Shown here piece after piece: positions 27,690-42,118 of a stretch of 64,000 nt of DNA. Source of the stretch: Moniliella sp. 'wahieum' (lineage: Eukaryota); contig RSEE01000001.1 of the NCBI GenBank assembly GCA_003971905.1, forward strand, positions 682,001-746,000. Direction: 5' to 3'. Position 1 is the first letter of the stretch; every line of letters begins with the position of its first letter. The position numbers and the translations under genes are program-made. Under the pieces are notes generated by a model. It made no database searches, had not been told where the DNA came from, and worked only from the letters and a program-made list of their open reading frames with translations.

Positions 27690-28408
27690 TATGATCGTTG
27701 TCCCGGCCATGCTGCCGTCATATCCCCTCATTTGTTCTTGGCTCTTTCTGTCACGGGTCCTTATGGGTGCTGAAGCATCACACCATCTCTTTTGCCGGTG
27801 CGGCGAGAGGCGTGCGTTTTGCCATTGCTGCCTGGCAGCGTGCCTACCTATCATCACGAGATGCCTTTCTTTTTTCTTGGTTCGAGAGAATATTGGATGG
27901 AAATGCCGGACGCATCGCGAAATAATGCATCCGTAGTTGGGGGCCGCGCACACACGCGGGGCCCTACGACCAGTATGGGTGGAAAGCTCGGGAGGAAGCA
28001 AGCGGGGGCAGGGCGTTGAGTGTTTAAAGGAACCACACGGCACACTCTGTCGCTGCGGATCGACCCATAGAAAACAGACATTCGGCCACCAAGACGGCGC
28101 AAGAACGAAGAAGAAGAAACGCCAGGGCCCATCGGCAAGAGGGTTATTGTTGGTGTCTGAACGAAGCGATCCTCGATCCATGCTGCATGCCGATTGATAT
28201 TCTAAAGCACTACATTTGAGAAGCAGACAGCGGCCGTGCGCCGGGCGGATGAGCTCAGCATCCTGGGTGGCATGCACCCGTGGGGCTGACCTAATCAGCG
28301 ACACGTTTCTGAAACATTCGTGCTCCGGTGCAAATTTTTTTGCAGTGGCCGCCGCAAAACGTCACGGCCGGCGCGCCTCTTTCCTGGTCCAAACCACCTC
28401 CGACCGCG

Positions 28409-31400
28409 ATGGCCGATGCTGCCGTCTTGACGCCTGCCCAGCTCGCCGCCGTCATGGCCGGCAGGCCACTTCCGCCGGCCGACGTTCCGGCCGATGCGGC
28501 TGGCGAGCCGCCCCCTCTGCTGGGCCCTCCACCGCCCCGCAGGCCGCCGACGCCCATGGCCGCGCTCGGCCCTCGGCCCCTTTGCGCCTTCTAACGGGCA
28601 GCGCCACCGGCAATGGCACAGCAGCGTTGTTGCTCTTCTTCTCCACCGAACATGGGTCCGTCCGCAGCGCCTGTTCACCGCCCTGGAGATACGGTGGCGG
28701 TTACACTTGTCCACCACGGCGCAAACCGTGGGGCCGGATCACTAACAGGGGTTGGCCACCCCCGCGGAGCTCGCCGAGGAAGACCCGACACACCGTTGGG
28801 CGATGGCGATGCGGTGCAGACGGTTGCTTGGCCGACTCCAATGGCCTGCACCCCCCTCTGTCTCGGGGAAGAGGAAGAGGAGGAGGAGGAGGAGGGAGGA
28901 CGCAAGGGCGTCAGAGCAGGCTTCGCTTGTGGCTTCGACCACTCTCTTGGTTGCTACCCAAGCGCGCTTTCTTCGCACCTACACTGTGCGCGTCTTTACT
29001 CGTGGGACGAACGTGGAAGTAAAAGTCGACCTGGCTCGCTCCATGGCCAAGGCGCACGAAGCGCCGATCCTGGTGATGCGAACGTCGCAGGACCTGAACC
29101 GCTCCCTTCGTGCTTGGCACGACCTTCATGCCCAATCCCAAGCCCAGTCTTCGTCCCCGTTCCAGTCCAAGTCCAAGTCCAAGTCTGCCACCCCCAACTC
29201 GGTCCCGGTCAATTTGCTGGCCACCGGCTCGGCCGATGGGATGGTCAAGTATGGGACGTAGCAGGTGGGTTTGTCACCCATGTTCTCCGTGGTCATGGCG
29301 GTCCCGTGTCGGCGCTGTGCTTTTTCTCCCATCTTCCACGTCATGCGCCGGTGGGGAACGGAGGCTAGAGCTGGTGACGGGCGCGGTGGATGGACGGGTA
29401 CGCGTGTGGGACCTGTTGCAAGCGGTTGAGACGGAGGAAGGCAGCAAACACTCCAAAAAGAAGCGCAAGAGCGCGAGCCACCAAGACAGAGCGCGGCGCG
29501 GTACAGCAAAAACCAGCGGCCACGCTGGAGTTGCATGATTCGGTCGTTCGAGGCCTGAGTGTGTCGGAGGATGGGAGCAAGTTGGTCACTTCGTCGCGAG
29601 ACACGACAATTGGACTGTGGGCGCGGCGCCTGTACCCTTCGTCAACCGACAAGTTGTTCAAGAACCTTGCGCCGGTGTCTTCCGGCTCGCTCCAGAGTGC
29701 AGCATCGTGGAAACAAAAAGAAGTGATCGATTGTTCAGAGGGAATTGAGAGCGGGGGTTCTTACCTTGCCCTGCCCTCTTTGTTCCAAGGGGTGAGGCGG
29801 TCTCGCCGGAAGAGGCAACTTCCCAAGACCTGTTCTACTCGGCTGGGTCAAAGGGATTGCTCCGACTTTGGTCCTTCTCTCGTGGGCAGGTTGTGGTTGC
29901 TGCTCCATCTCTTGGTCCGCCCCCCAAGGAGGGCGACGACGATGTGCATGCCGTCCAGCAGGTGCATCTCATTCCCCCCTTCTCCTTGCCCTCAGCTACG
30001 CTGGGAAACCTTATCACCCTCGTCACTGTCCAGATGGACCAAACGTTTGCTGTACGCACCTGTCCCACCTTGGTTCACCAGGGCTCAACGGCCGCCCCCA
30101 CGCCTGGCTGAGCGACCGCTCCACTTGGCCCAGCTGTTGATCGGCACCGAGGACCAGTTGGCCGATGTAGCCCTGGTTAACCCACTGGGGACCAAGACCA
30201 GCACGCACGTGGCGCTGGCGACGAATGTACCTGAAGTTCATGTTGCGCGTTTGCCCGCTGCATTGGGCGTGCGCCGGACCGAGCGGGGGGCTATGCGTCG
30301 ACAGCGCTCTTGGCCGGGCACACGGCATGGTCCTTGCTCTGGCTGCTCCTCGCCGAATGGCCAATGGCTCGCGACCGCCAGCAGGGATCGGACGGTGCGG
30401 GTGTGGGCATGTGATGCGTCTGGCTCGGCTACGGCCACGGACGGCAAGCCGGGTTCCGAGGCTGCGCAAGGCTGGCGGTGCTTGGCCATCGCCTCGGGCC
30501 ACACCGAGTCGGTCGGCGCCATTCGTTTGCCCCGCGTCCCGATCCGGCCACCGAGTTGCCCCCGTTCTTGGTTAGTGCCAGTTCGGATCGGACCGTCAAG
30601 GTGTGGGACCTGAGTCCGCTGGCGGCGCTTACCGCGACTCAAGACCAAACCGAACGAACCCATCCGCCTTGTTCGCTCACGACGCTCAAGGTGCACGAAC
30701 GCGACATCAATGCGGTAGATGTTGCGCCGGACAATGGGCTGGTGCTGACCGGCTCGCAAGATCTACGGCGCGTCTGTTCCAGCTCTCTTCACCCCCGAGC
30801 CACAAAAAGAAGGGTGCCAACCGGGGTGCGTCCGCGGCGTTGGTCCCGGTCGCGACGGTCAAGGGCCACAAACGCGGGGTATGGGCAGTACGATTCAGTC
30901 CGTCAGATCGGGCGTTTGCGACGGGCGGCGGGGACCGGGTGGCGCGGCTGTGGGCTTTGCCACCGCCGCAGGTGTGGGCGCAACGGCGCTTGCTGGATCG
31001 GGGGGTTCGGGAGGCCAAGGGGAGGTGCAGTGTGTGCGCACCTTCGAGGGCCACTCGGCTGCTGTGTTGCGCGTCGAGTTTGCCGCGCGGGGCACCCAGC
31101 TGCTCACCTCCAGCTCCGACGGCTTGATCAAGCTCTGGTCGGTCAAGGACGAAACGTGTCTGTGGACCGGGGACGCTCACTTCACCTCGGTGTTTGGTCT
31201 GGCCGTGTTTGCCGCCGACGAGCGCCGAGGCTGCGGCGGTAGAGGACGCCGAGGTGCGCAACCGGTGACCCGGGTCGTGTCGGTTGGTGCAGATGCGCGG
31301 GTGCGTGTGTGGGATGACGTGACGCAGCAACGCAAGCAGGAAGAGCAACGCAAACGGGCCGGAAGGTAGAGCAGTGCGTATTTCCATTCCTCCCTTTTCT

Positions 31401-32184
31401 CTGGTCTCAAGCCGAGAGAAAGCGAACGAGAGACTGACTGACATGCCACTGCCTCCAGAGAACAGAGTTTGAGACCAAACTCGCTGCGCACGATTGGTCG
31501 GGCGCGATCAAGTTGGCGTTGAAGCGGAACCATCCGCGTGTGGAACTCTTTACGCTCGTCGCTGGCTTGCGTCCGCGCTTGCCCAAGGAGACTGGCGTCG
31601 GCGCCGAGTCAGCGGCGGCGGGGGCACTCTTGGCGTCGATGCTGGGCACGCCGTTGCCCGGGACCCAAGGCACTGCCGCACCCCGGAGCAGAAGGATGCG
31701 CTCTCGATCACGGGCCAGATCGCGGTGGATGAGGTACTGGGGTCGCTCGAGCCCCAAGAGGCAGCGCGACTGCTGCACCATGTGCGCGATTGGAATACGG
31801 CGGCGCGCACGGCCGGGGGTGGCGCAGACGGTGCTGCACGCGCTGTTGCGACTGCACAGCGCCGCCTGGCTCCTGCGTGCGCTCGACACGACCGCCACCT
31901 CTACTTACGGCGGATGCAGCGGAGGAAGACAAGTTTGCCCTGCGGATGGACGCACCGGCGTTGCTAGCGGCGCTGCGACCCTATACGGAGCGGCACTAGC
32001 GCGCTCTGACCGACTGTGGACAGAGGCGGCGGTGCTGGACTACACGCTGCATGCGCTGGATGCGGTGGCGGGGATGGCGGAAAGCGACAGCGAGGGCGAG
32101 GGCGAGGATGTGGCGGAGAAAGGATGCGGAGGAGGATGGAGAGGATGTTGCGATGGATTCGGACTCCGAGTGATTGGTTCCTGA
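28409..32184 (+). CDS. UTP13: U3 snoRNP-associated protein Utp13 / TBL3 (WD40 repeats plus Utp13 C-terminal domain), frameshifted
   Basis: LLATGSADGMVK..GGFVTHVLRGHGGPVSAL; HERDINAVDVAPDNGLVLTGSQD; GHKRGVWAVRFSP; FEGHSAAVLRVEF; C-terminal LLHHVRDWNTAART and LRPYTERH. Probable intron 31374-31458. Start uncertain. Confidence 0.88.
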
Positions 32185-32736
32185 GCCGAGTGAAGACTGG
32201 GGACTCAACCGAGTGCTGCGTACTGAGTGCATGAGCCCACACTCCTGGTTGGGGGGTTGTACTACGAAGGCAGACAGGACGGCCATGGGCGATTGCGTCT
32301 GCACATCTGGGCCGCAGCAGAGACGGAGGCCCGGTGGCTGTGGCGCTGGCAGAGCGGTCGGCGTCCTGCTGGGGCGCGTGCGTCTTCTTGCTGCTGGCGT
32401 GGCACGAACGAATGGGTTGTCGAGCACAACTTCGCGCAATCTATATACTAGTGCAGGCCGCCGCTCAAACTTTCAGTCGCGCATTATCAGACGGCACGAC
32501 GTCATCTTCAGATCCAGGTTTGCTTAGACGAGAGTACCACAGTCACTAGTCAGCGCCTCGGCTGGGAGACAGCTAGCACATAGTGTCGTTGCTCGGCTTC
32601 TTGGTTGAGATAGCCACTGAGTACGAGTCCTGAATACCGATGCACCAGTAAGCGGCCGGTCATCCCAGTAGCCCCCTTCCCCCGTCTCTTCTTCTTCCCC
32701 TCCCCCCTTCCTTCTCTTTCCCCCGCCTCGGCGCTC

Positions 32737-35700
32737 ATGGCTGCCCACCCGACGGATCGGCCGCCGATCGGCGCACTCGCATCCGAGCTGAGCGCCGCCA
32801 CCCGCTCTTCCCAACCGCGCCTCAGCCCTGCGGCCTCCTCCCCTCCTCCCGCACCCACCATCACTACCTTCCACACGCAGGCCCTCGGCGCGCACGCACC
32901 CTATCAGAGCATGTTCGGAGCCACACGTCCAGCGCCCCAGACATACCATCATCCCTGTCGCCCGACGAGATGGACTCAGGGCTGCTGGGTCGGGAGCATG
33001 CCAAGAGCGTGAGCGCAGCGCCAAGTCGACCCGCCGCCTCAATGCTGTCCTGGACGAGGAAGAGCTTGGTCTGCCTCAAGGCAGTGCCATCTTCCGGCCA
33101 TTGAGTCCCGATGAGCAGTGGCCCTCCAGTCGGGTCCCCGGCATGGAGCGGGGCAGATGAGGGCGGACGATGTCCTGTACAGAAGCGACATTCGACTCGA
33201 AAGAGACGACCCCTTCAGGCTTGAGGATGACCCCACCTACGTTGGGTCTCATCCGCGCGCTTGGATCAAGAGCGATCTGCCTCCGCCGCAAGAGAACTAT
33301 ACCCGCCACTCACATACCCCCTCGGCGGACGCACATGGAAGCCATTCCGCCCACCAATCCAAGCCCCTCAATCAGCACAGCAAGAGCCCCACCGCCTTCG
33401 TCCAATGTCCATCCCGCTTTCACTCCCACGTCTGCGAGCCGCCGATGGCGCGTATGTGGGCAAGTCACTCAACTCCCAGCCGTTTTTCTGGCCACTCATC
33501 GCCTTTTCTCCCCTTTTTCTCCCGACTCCCCTCAGCTTCATTCGAAGTCTCGCGCCCATTCGCAGGCCCAGATGCAGCTTGAAGAGGACGAGAATGGTGT
33601 GGATGTGTCCCCCAGCATTCTGCGGTCTCCTACAGCACGAACCAGGCGGGACCTGCCGCAGAGGGAATCCGCGGTCAAAGACCCAGCCCATATAAGGGCG
33701 TCCACATCCAGCACCTCGCAGCAGCCAGACAAGGTCGGTACCTCGAAACATTCGTCGCCTACTTCACCGCTAGCTAATCGGCTTGGTGGCTTGTCCTCGC
33801 GCGCACGCCCTACTTCTGTTGTGTATGAGGGCGTAGGAGAGCCGAAACGCAATGCTCGGTTGGCCCGTTCCAACTGGCTTGATGAGCAAGAAGAGGAGAA
33901 AGCGTTAGAGGAAGCAACAAAGGATGACATGTTGAACCAACCTTCCCGTTTGCAGCATTCGGCTCGCCCCTACCGTCTCCATGGTCTGCCACACAGCCAT
34001 GATCTGCGTGAGCGCTACTACAGCAGCCGCCGTGGCCCTAGCGACCCACAGCGTTCTTTATCCACGCGGCGACGGGCCCAGATGCGCCGGGATGGATTGC
34101 GTGCGGCTGATTGGGATGCACCGGGTTTAGAGTTGGCTCCCCGCCGTTCCGTACGTGGTTCGACAGCGGCGAAAAAACTGGTGGATGAGCGAGATGCGGA
34201 GTGGGCAGACGAGCTGGAACCGCCTCGCCGTCTGTGTCTCATCGGCACACTCCAGAGACCGAATTGCCGGCTCACGATTCGCACGCGCATTTTCATCGTC
34301 CGCATCCCCCATTGAAGGTGTTCAAACGACGCCCCAACAACCCCCTTCTGGGCTTGTCCCTGCAGCCCGTGATGAAAGGTTATCCCTGCCTGTTGCCGGG
34401 CACGTCCAAAGCTGGGGGATAATCGACGGCAAGAAGAGAAGCAGCATGTTCCAGCGAAGCGCAACCGATCATCAAACTTGTCCCGGAATGCGTTTGGTAC
34501 TGGGCCAGGAGCAAAATCAGCCGAGGGCCCTGCTGAAGAACAGACTCAGTCCCGTCCTGTCGCAGGCGAAGCCGACGAGGCAAAGGCAGAAAAATTGTCC
34601 CACGCTGCTTTCTTGGAGCGCTACTCGATGCATCATGCGACTACCCCCAATCCGTTCCGGATGAAGAGGACCAAGTCGTTAACTGGAGTGGACCAAATGT
34701 TCTTCTTGATTGAGGACGATGTGTACCACTCAACTACCTTTTCGATGTACATGTTCGAATCAGTACTGGATACCCCGACAGTGGTAGCTTTCTTTGAGAA
34801 ACTGGTTCAGCTTTTCCCTAAATACCGCTACGTCTTGGAGATGGACCCGCGCAAAGCCGTCGATCATGATCGGGAAGCATTGAACCGCCTAGCCCGAGGA
34901 CCGCCCGCCTTCATCCCTCCGCAACACAAATCCGCTGTTGCTGGTGATCAACAGTTGCCGGAAGAACCCACCACGAGTGCCGCGGCGGACGATCGCCAGC
35001 GGCTGTTCAAGGAGGCTGGCATCCGGGCCCGCATCCCACTTTGACGATGGTCGGCGCACAAAATGGGCCCACACTCTCAAGGTGGGCAGTAAGTTCCGTC
35101 CCGCCAAATGGCGCATCCTTGACGACTTTGACGTAAGGGAGAATATCGAGACACTTGACTGTGTTGCGCCCGAGAATGATGACGCTGCGTTGTTTGACAT
35201 TGTACGTGCACCTCTTCTTTCCTCTCTGGGTCCTTACCCTACCAACGTTGAATTTGAAGGCTAACGCGAGCATACGCTCTAGGCGGGCAAATTCTTGGCC
35301 CGGCACTATAACTATGCTAAGCCGTTGTGGGAGCGCTCATTGTGCGTGGCATCGAGACCAACGATGGCTCGCGCTCGGCATTGTTGATCAAGATCCACCA
35401 TGGTGTTGCCGATGGACAAGGCCTAATTCAGTCGTACGGCATCGCACTCGAGGCGATGGCAACTGGTGCTAGTAAGACGGAGGTGATGCACAAGTACGAT
35501 ACCCAACCCGGTCGTAAGATACCCGGCAGTCGCGGGGTCAAGCCCTCGCTAGGCGGCACAATGCGTCATGGAGTGCGCACAGTTAAGGGTTGTACTTCCG
35601 CCGACGTAAGGACTTTACATATTCTCAACCAAGAAAACCGCGTATGGCCGCCGCTACGCGCACTCGCAGGGGATCTCCATGGCGGACATCAAGCTGGTCC

Positions 35701-37297
35701 GCGAAGCCTTCTCGACGCCTGAGGATCGACTTACGTTGAATGATGTGGCCTGTGCTGTACTCAGTAAGGCCATGGCCCTCGCGGCCGCGCAGTCGAACCC
35801 GGACGGGAACACGCCCAAGGACAAGCGAATTCCCATCATGGTACCCATCAGTTTGCGGCGAAAGGGCGATTACTCCTTGACCAACTTGACCACCGGTGCG
35901 ATTGCCTGGTTTGAGCTCAACCCGGCCTTGTCCGCTCACAGCGTTTGCAGCAAGTGCACGACGAGATGAAGATCATCAAGAAATCCTATCTGCCCCGAGT
36001 ATGGTACGAGATGGCCGACGTGCTCTCGGCCAGGCGCATTCTCTTGTGCCTTCCTACCCCCTTGTGCACGAGGTCTTCCAGAAGGCGTATCGCGAGTACC
36101 AAATCGCCACCAACGTACCTGGCCCGCCGAAACCGGTCCAGTTTGGGCCCCATGTCGCCCAACGCTACTTTGTCCTGCCTCCCTCCCTCGTCGCCGGGCA
36201 AATCGTCGCTCGCAATTGGCATGATCTCGTATGCTGGCGAGTTCTCCGTCGCGGTCGCTTGCGACGATGTGCCTTCTCAGCACGAATTGGCCCAGCTTAT
36301 TTGCGCCATGTTTCACCAGTCGGCCAAGCACCTTGTTGCTCAAGCCAAAGAGCACATGGCCCAAACTGGTCAAGGGGCCGAGAAACACGCCCAGGGACAG
36401 GCTGAGGATGCACCACCAACTCGAGGGGTGGAAGAGCACGAGGCGTTGCATCACGTACCGGTGCTGCCCTCTCTCTTCCCGTCACAATCCAGGTGCAGGA
36501 CCGCATCCCAACTCGGGCCTACGTTCGTCCCACCATCAGCGCCCAGGGGTGATGGACATGGAGGGAAAACCTACTTTTGCACGGCGGGTCCGGGCGCGGC
36601 CTCAGTATGGCAATAGTCCCGTTGGAACCCCAACGTATATGTTCTCGCCCCTTTCTCCAAGAGCGAGCGAAAGGCAGCTAAGTCCACGTACACTCCACAC
36701 AACGGCAATCATCCGTCGGCCAAGGACTCTCTACATGCGGAGCAAGATCGAGAGCAGGCTCGCTTGCATCTACGAGCGAAGAACAGCGGTATTCTCCGTT
36801 GGAAGAGGATGTGCTCGGTGACGTGATGGACGAAGAGGATCCAAATGAGTTTGAAGACGCTCTTTCGCAATCGTCTCTGCCGCCGTTACAATCCCCGACC
36901 CCCCCCGCCCCGTTTCCAACAGACCAGCAGTAACACCAGCCTCGCCTGCATTTCCCCGTACGCCCGCGTCTCGACTGCTCCTCATCTGACAGGAACCAGG
37001 TGGATCCGTCTACCGACCGAGCCTATCATTCTCTATTGCCCAACACACCGGACACTGACTCCCACCCCCTCATCCCACGCCTCCAGGTCGGCACCCAACG
37101 CTGCCGTGCCACCCCCCGTCTCGACGTCTGATGCGCACCCCGTCCCGGTTGGATATCCTGCCCCCAAGGGCTCTGTACCTCAAGCCACCGCCCTCTCCAC
37201 ACAAGTGCCAGGTGACCGCCCAACCAGGTCTCAGTTCCCCCGCAACCGGGCCGCACGCGGTGGTATACAGCTTATTGGATCCTCAAGTTGTGTTTAG
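32737..37297 (+). CDS. Wax ester synthase/diacylglycerol acyltransferase (WS/DGAT) family protein with long disordered extensions, frameshifted
   Basis: Core at about 34660-36360: LTGVDQMFF, KPLWE, catalytic LLIKIHHGVADGQG (HHxxxDG), LTLNDVACAVL, MVPISLR, ATNVPGP. Introns 33452-33535 and 35202-35282. Upstream ORFs tile continuously from 32737; both ends uncertain. Confidence 0.8.
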
Positions 37298-38530
37298 TGC
37301 TCTTATATACCGTTTCAAGTTTCCGGAGCTGTCCCTCGGGAGTCGTCTATTCCGTGATGCCGCTTATTTTGCCCACTCCTCTCTCTCCCTTCCGCGTTCT
37401 ATTGCTTGTTCTCCCTTCAGGCTTCCATCAGATGCCTCATATGTTTCTGACCTGCTAAAGGGGTCTTCTTTTTGCCCTCCAACATGTGGTTGTGAATATC
37501 GACTGTTGCCCTCCATCCTTTTTATGTTCCTGATCCAGTCGTTTTTTTTCGTTTTTGGCCCCGTTACGCGTTAACCCTCCAGAGGGAATGTGTCACTTGG
37601 AGGCATCTGGTTCATCGCTTTCTCACTGGACATGTTCGTCACGCCCATCCGCATCCACTCCAGAGCTTACATCTGATTTTTGAAAACGAAAATGCATTGC
37701 GGTAGTCAGAAGAGAGGTTCCTTTCGCCTGTTACCGATATATCAATTCGTTGGTTTCCCCATTGGGTGGCCGTAAAGCGAACCGGAAATGTCGGGTGTGA
37801 GCGGATCTTCTGTGATGAATGATGGCAGATTAGTATAGGCGAAAAGCGCTTCTGACACATCCTCCTCCTGCTGTAATAAGGTTTCGTAAATGATACTCTA
37901 TCAAGATGCTGTGACTCTTTATACATGGGCGCACATTCTACCAATCCCTTGTGCACCTCGTGCGAGATGGTGTGTACACATGCGCCAACACCAACCAACC
38001 CCCACTCGGGGAGACTGCCTCTGGATCTAGATGATCCTGCCAAAGGCAGTGTGATTGCATGTGATACGTGGCATGTGATATGACCTGTGATACATATGCG
38101 ACAGGCAAACGTGTGCGGCGAAATTGAGACACCCCAGACACCCCGTCGCAGAACTTACACTGGCCAGGTGCGGCGGACCGGCAATGGCCGGAGCCCCGCA
38201 TCGGCTGTGTTGACACGTTGACAATGGCAGGCCAGATCTGGGCCCACTTGGCAGGCATGGTGTGCAGACGCCGTTGCGATGCCATATGCTTAGCAGGCGG
38301 GTGGGAGGGTGGCGGGTGAGGGTGGCCTATGGTCCGAGAGTGAGGGAGAAGCACCGTGTCGAATGATACAGATAGTGCACCACTGAGATGGTGGCTGCCG
38401 GGCGGGTGGGGCCGGGGCACGGGCAGCCAATGCCGATTATGAGAGAGAGAGGGCACGCAGACCTCACAGCAGCAGTGTGGGGGCGTGTAGGGAAAAATGA
38501 TACTCGGTTAGTACGTAAATCGATAATCGT

Positions 38531-38554
38531 TGATCGATGATCAGGCCTCAGGCC
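38531..38554. repeat. Heptad array TGA-TCGA-TGA / TCA-GGCC-TCA-GGCC
   Basis: Read directly from the sequence; upstream of glycogen phosphorylase. Confidence 0.75.
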
Positions 38555-39434
38555 CAGGCGTCTTTTCGAATGCGAACGTTGAACAAGGAGGGATCAGATC
38601 GATCATGCATCATGATGTGCATGATGTGAGCCCGCGGGCTGGCCGGGCTGCTCTTGCACCATAATGTGCGGGTTTGCATTGATATGGAAGGCGGCGGGCG
38701 GCACGCATTGGGGAGAGAGACGGAAGAGACGCGTCCTACGTCCGCCTAGTCTGTCCATGGCCCAGCAGGCCCCACCTGAATCAATCGCCTTTCGGCACAG
38801 CAGCCGCAGAGGCCTCGCTCCCCCACGGTGGGCACATTACCCGGATCCCACCGAGAAAGATGGGCTCTGGCCATCGGCCGGTTCGTCGAGGTCATCCGGT
38901 CACTATAGTGCATCGACACTGGCCATATGGAACTGTAGTGAGTGGCCGCTTGCCCAGTTTTGGCACAGGGGCTGGAGAGACAGGGGACAGGGAGGACCAA
39001 CGTCGGATCCCCCCGCACGGGCCACTCGTGCACCGCAAACTCAGACATAGCACCATTTCGGTCACTGATCGGCTATGTACCGTCCAGGAAAACGCCCTGC
39101 TGGCCACGCCATTGCTCCGAACCAAGCAGACGCAGAGAGACAGGCGCCCCTGCCACCCGCCACCAACGGCCCGAATTCCAGTCGCCCGCTCGATCCACCC
39201 CCTTGCTGCGCATCTGGCGCCACATTTGTATAAAGTCTTTGCATTGTTGCCCGCCAGTCCCTCACGCCCCGCCTCCCCCCGCCTCAGCTTCCCCGCCACA
39301 CTGCGTTCGTCCGACGCACAGACTCCCCGCTTCCAGTCAGACGTACGTTTTCTTCTTTATTTGCGCAGCGAACCCAGCGCTCACCCTGCACCTTTTGCCT
39401 CAGCAGCTTCCTCCTTTTGTCTCGCCCTCACACA

Positions 39435-42118
39435 ATGAGCGACTACGGCGACGACTATGTCCCTCCTCCGCCCATTTCGCCCCGTCGGCGCAACTCGGCG
39501 TTCACGTTGATCAACTCCAGCGATTTGATGCTGAGATCCCCGAGACTGCCAAGAGTGTGTGGAGCAAGTACTCCCACCTGGAGCGTTCGACGTTCTTCGC
39601 CACTCGGCGGAGGAAGTGAGCAAGAACGAGCAAGATCATTTCCCGTCGCGGCGACGTGTTCCAGCGTGACTTTGTCACCCACATTGAAACCAATTGGGCC
39701 GCCGCAACATGTACAACTGTGACAACCTGGCTGCTACCAAGCCGCCAGCACCGCCGTGCGCCAGCGCCAGTGACCATCAACTGGGCAACACCAGCAGCGT
39801 CAAGCTCTGGAAAAGACAAGCGCATCTACTACCTCAGCCTCGAGTTCCTCATGGGACGTGCCCTGGACAATGCGTTGATCAACGAGGGAGCCCGTGGCAC
39901 GGTGAACGAGTCGCTGAAGGACCTTGGTTTCCGGTTGGAAGACGTACTGGAACAGGAAGACGATGCCGGTCTGGGCAACGGTGGTCTGGGTCGGTTGGCT
40001 GCTTGCTTTGTTGACTCGCTCAGCAGCCGCAACTACAATGGATGGGGGTACGGCCTAAACTATCAGTACGGCATCTTCCGCCAGTCGATTGTCAATGGGT
40101 TCCAAGTTGAGAAGCCGACAACTGGCTCAAGAATGGTTCGGCCTGGGAGATTGTGCGGCGAGAGCTGGAGATTCCGGTCCGGTTCAACGGCCGCGTTGTG
40201 GACGAGGTCGACCCCCACACGGGCAATGTTAAGAAGGTGTGGGAAGGAGGCGATGTGGTGCTCGCTATGGCCGTTGACTTCCCCATCCCAGGGTACCACA
40301 CCCCCAACTGCAACAACCTTCGTCTCTGGCAAGCACGCCCCACCCCCGAGAAGGAGTTTGACTTTGCCGAATTCAACGCAGGAGACTATGCCAAAGCAGT
40401 GTCAGCACTGCAACGGGCCGAGGCGATCACGGATGTGCTCTATCCCAACGACAACTTTGCCGTCGGAAAGGAACTGCGCTTGACCCAACAGTATTTCTGG
40501 GTCTGTGCCTCGATCCATGACATTGTTTCCCGCTTCCGCAAGCATGGCCACGACTGGTCCGAAATGTCGGACTATATCGCGATCCAGCTCAACGACACCC
40601 ACCCTACCTTGGCGGTTGTGGAAATGCAGCGGGTCCTGATTGATGAGCATGGGCTTGAATGGGAGGAGGCATGGGACATTGTGCGCGGGTGTGTTTGCTT
40701 ACACCAACCATACGGTCATGCAAGAAGCGCTGGAGAAGTGGCCGCTGGAATTGGTGGAACGCTTGCTGCCGCGGCACATGCAGATCATTTTTGATATCAA
40801 CTACTTCTTCTTCAAGACGTGGCCAAGAAGTTCCCCGGTTCAGAGCAGATGCAGCGCGATTGCTCCATCATTGAGGAGGGAAACAACCGACAGGTTCGGA
40901 TGGCATACCTGGCGGTAATTGCTAGCCACAAGGTCAACGGAGTGGCCGAACTGCATTCTCAGCTGGTCAAGTCCGATCTCTTCCCCCAGTTTGTCAATTT
41001 CTTTGGCGATGATCACTTTACCAATGTAACTAATGGTGTGACTCCTCGCCGTTGGCTTCAAGCGGCCAACCCCATGTTGGCGGATCTGATTGGCAAAACG
41101 CTCCAGGATCCCGAACACAAGTTTTGGTCCACCTTCCTGACCTGAAGAAATTGGACAAGCATGCCAACGACCTCGAGTTCCTTAAAAAGTGGGATGCAGT
41201 CAAGCGGCACAACAAGAAGCGACTGGCTCGTCTCGTCTTTGACACAACGGGCGTCATTCTCTCGCCCCACGCGCTGTATGATGTTCAGGTCAAGCGCATT
41301 CACGAGTACAAGCGTCAGCAGCTCAACATCTTTGCTGTCATTTGGCGTTACCTGGAGATTAAGGCTGCGTCGCGAGGGCTTGTCGACCGAGGAGATTGCT
41401 CTCAAGCATTACATCCCCAAGGCCGCCATTATTGGCGGGAAGGCGGCCCGGGGTACTACATGGCCAAGTCGATCATCCATCTCATCAATGCCGTCGCCGA
41501 AGTGGTCAACAATGACGAGGACATTGATGAACTGCTCAAGGTTGCCTTTGTTCCCGACTACAATGTGTCCAAGGCGGAGATTCTGTGCCCGGGTTCGGAC
41601 CTCAGCAACCACATTCCACCGCTGGTACCGAGGGCTCGGGTACGTCCAACATGAAATTTGCCCTCAATGGCGGGCCTCATTCTGGGTACTACGATGGTGC
41701 CAATGTGGAGATTACGCGGGAGATTGGCAAGGACAACATCTTCATCTTTGGTGTGACTGCCGACCAAGTCCCGGGCATCCGGGCGGCGAACGGACATGGA
41801 GTCAACCTGCCTATGCCGCTACTTCAGGTGTTTAACGCGATCGACTCGGGTCTCTTTGGCCCAGCGGATAATTTCCGACCGCTGCTAGACTCGACTCGGT
41901 TCCACGGAGATTACTTGGTCGCTGCCGATTTCGAGCTTTTCCTCGAAGCGCATCGCAAGGTTGAGGCGGCCTATGGCCGCGGCTCGGGATCGGATGAGTA
42001 TTTGCGCAACTGGGTTTCCAAGTCGGTCCACACCACGGCCAACATGGGCTTCTTCTCTTCGGACCGTGCAGTGGACGACTACGCAAAGAACATCTGGGGT
42101 ATTGAACCCCGCTTCTAA
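39435..42118 (+). CDS. GPH1: Glycogen phosphorylase, frameshifted
   Basis: [69 protein letters not shown]-lysine motif [28 protein letters not shown] at 39229; probable 5'-UTR intron about 39342-39403. Confidence 0.97.

Noticed and set aside
37600..38460. ORFs 37639..38043 and 37938..38456 in the long WS/DGAT-GPH1 spacer
   Set aside because: No domain signal or clear boundaries.
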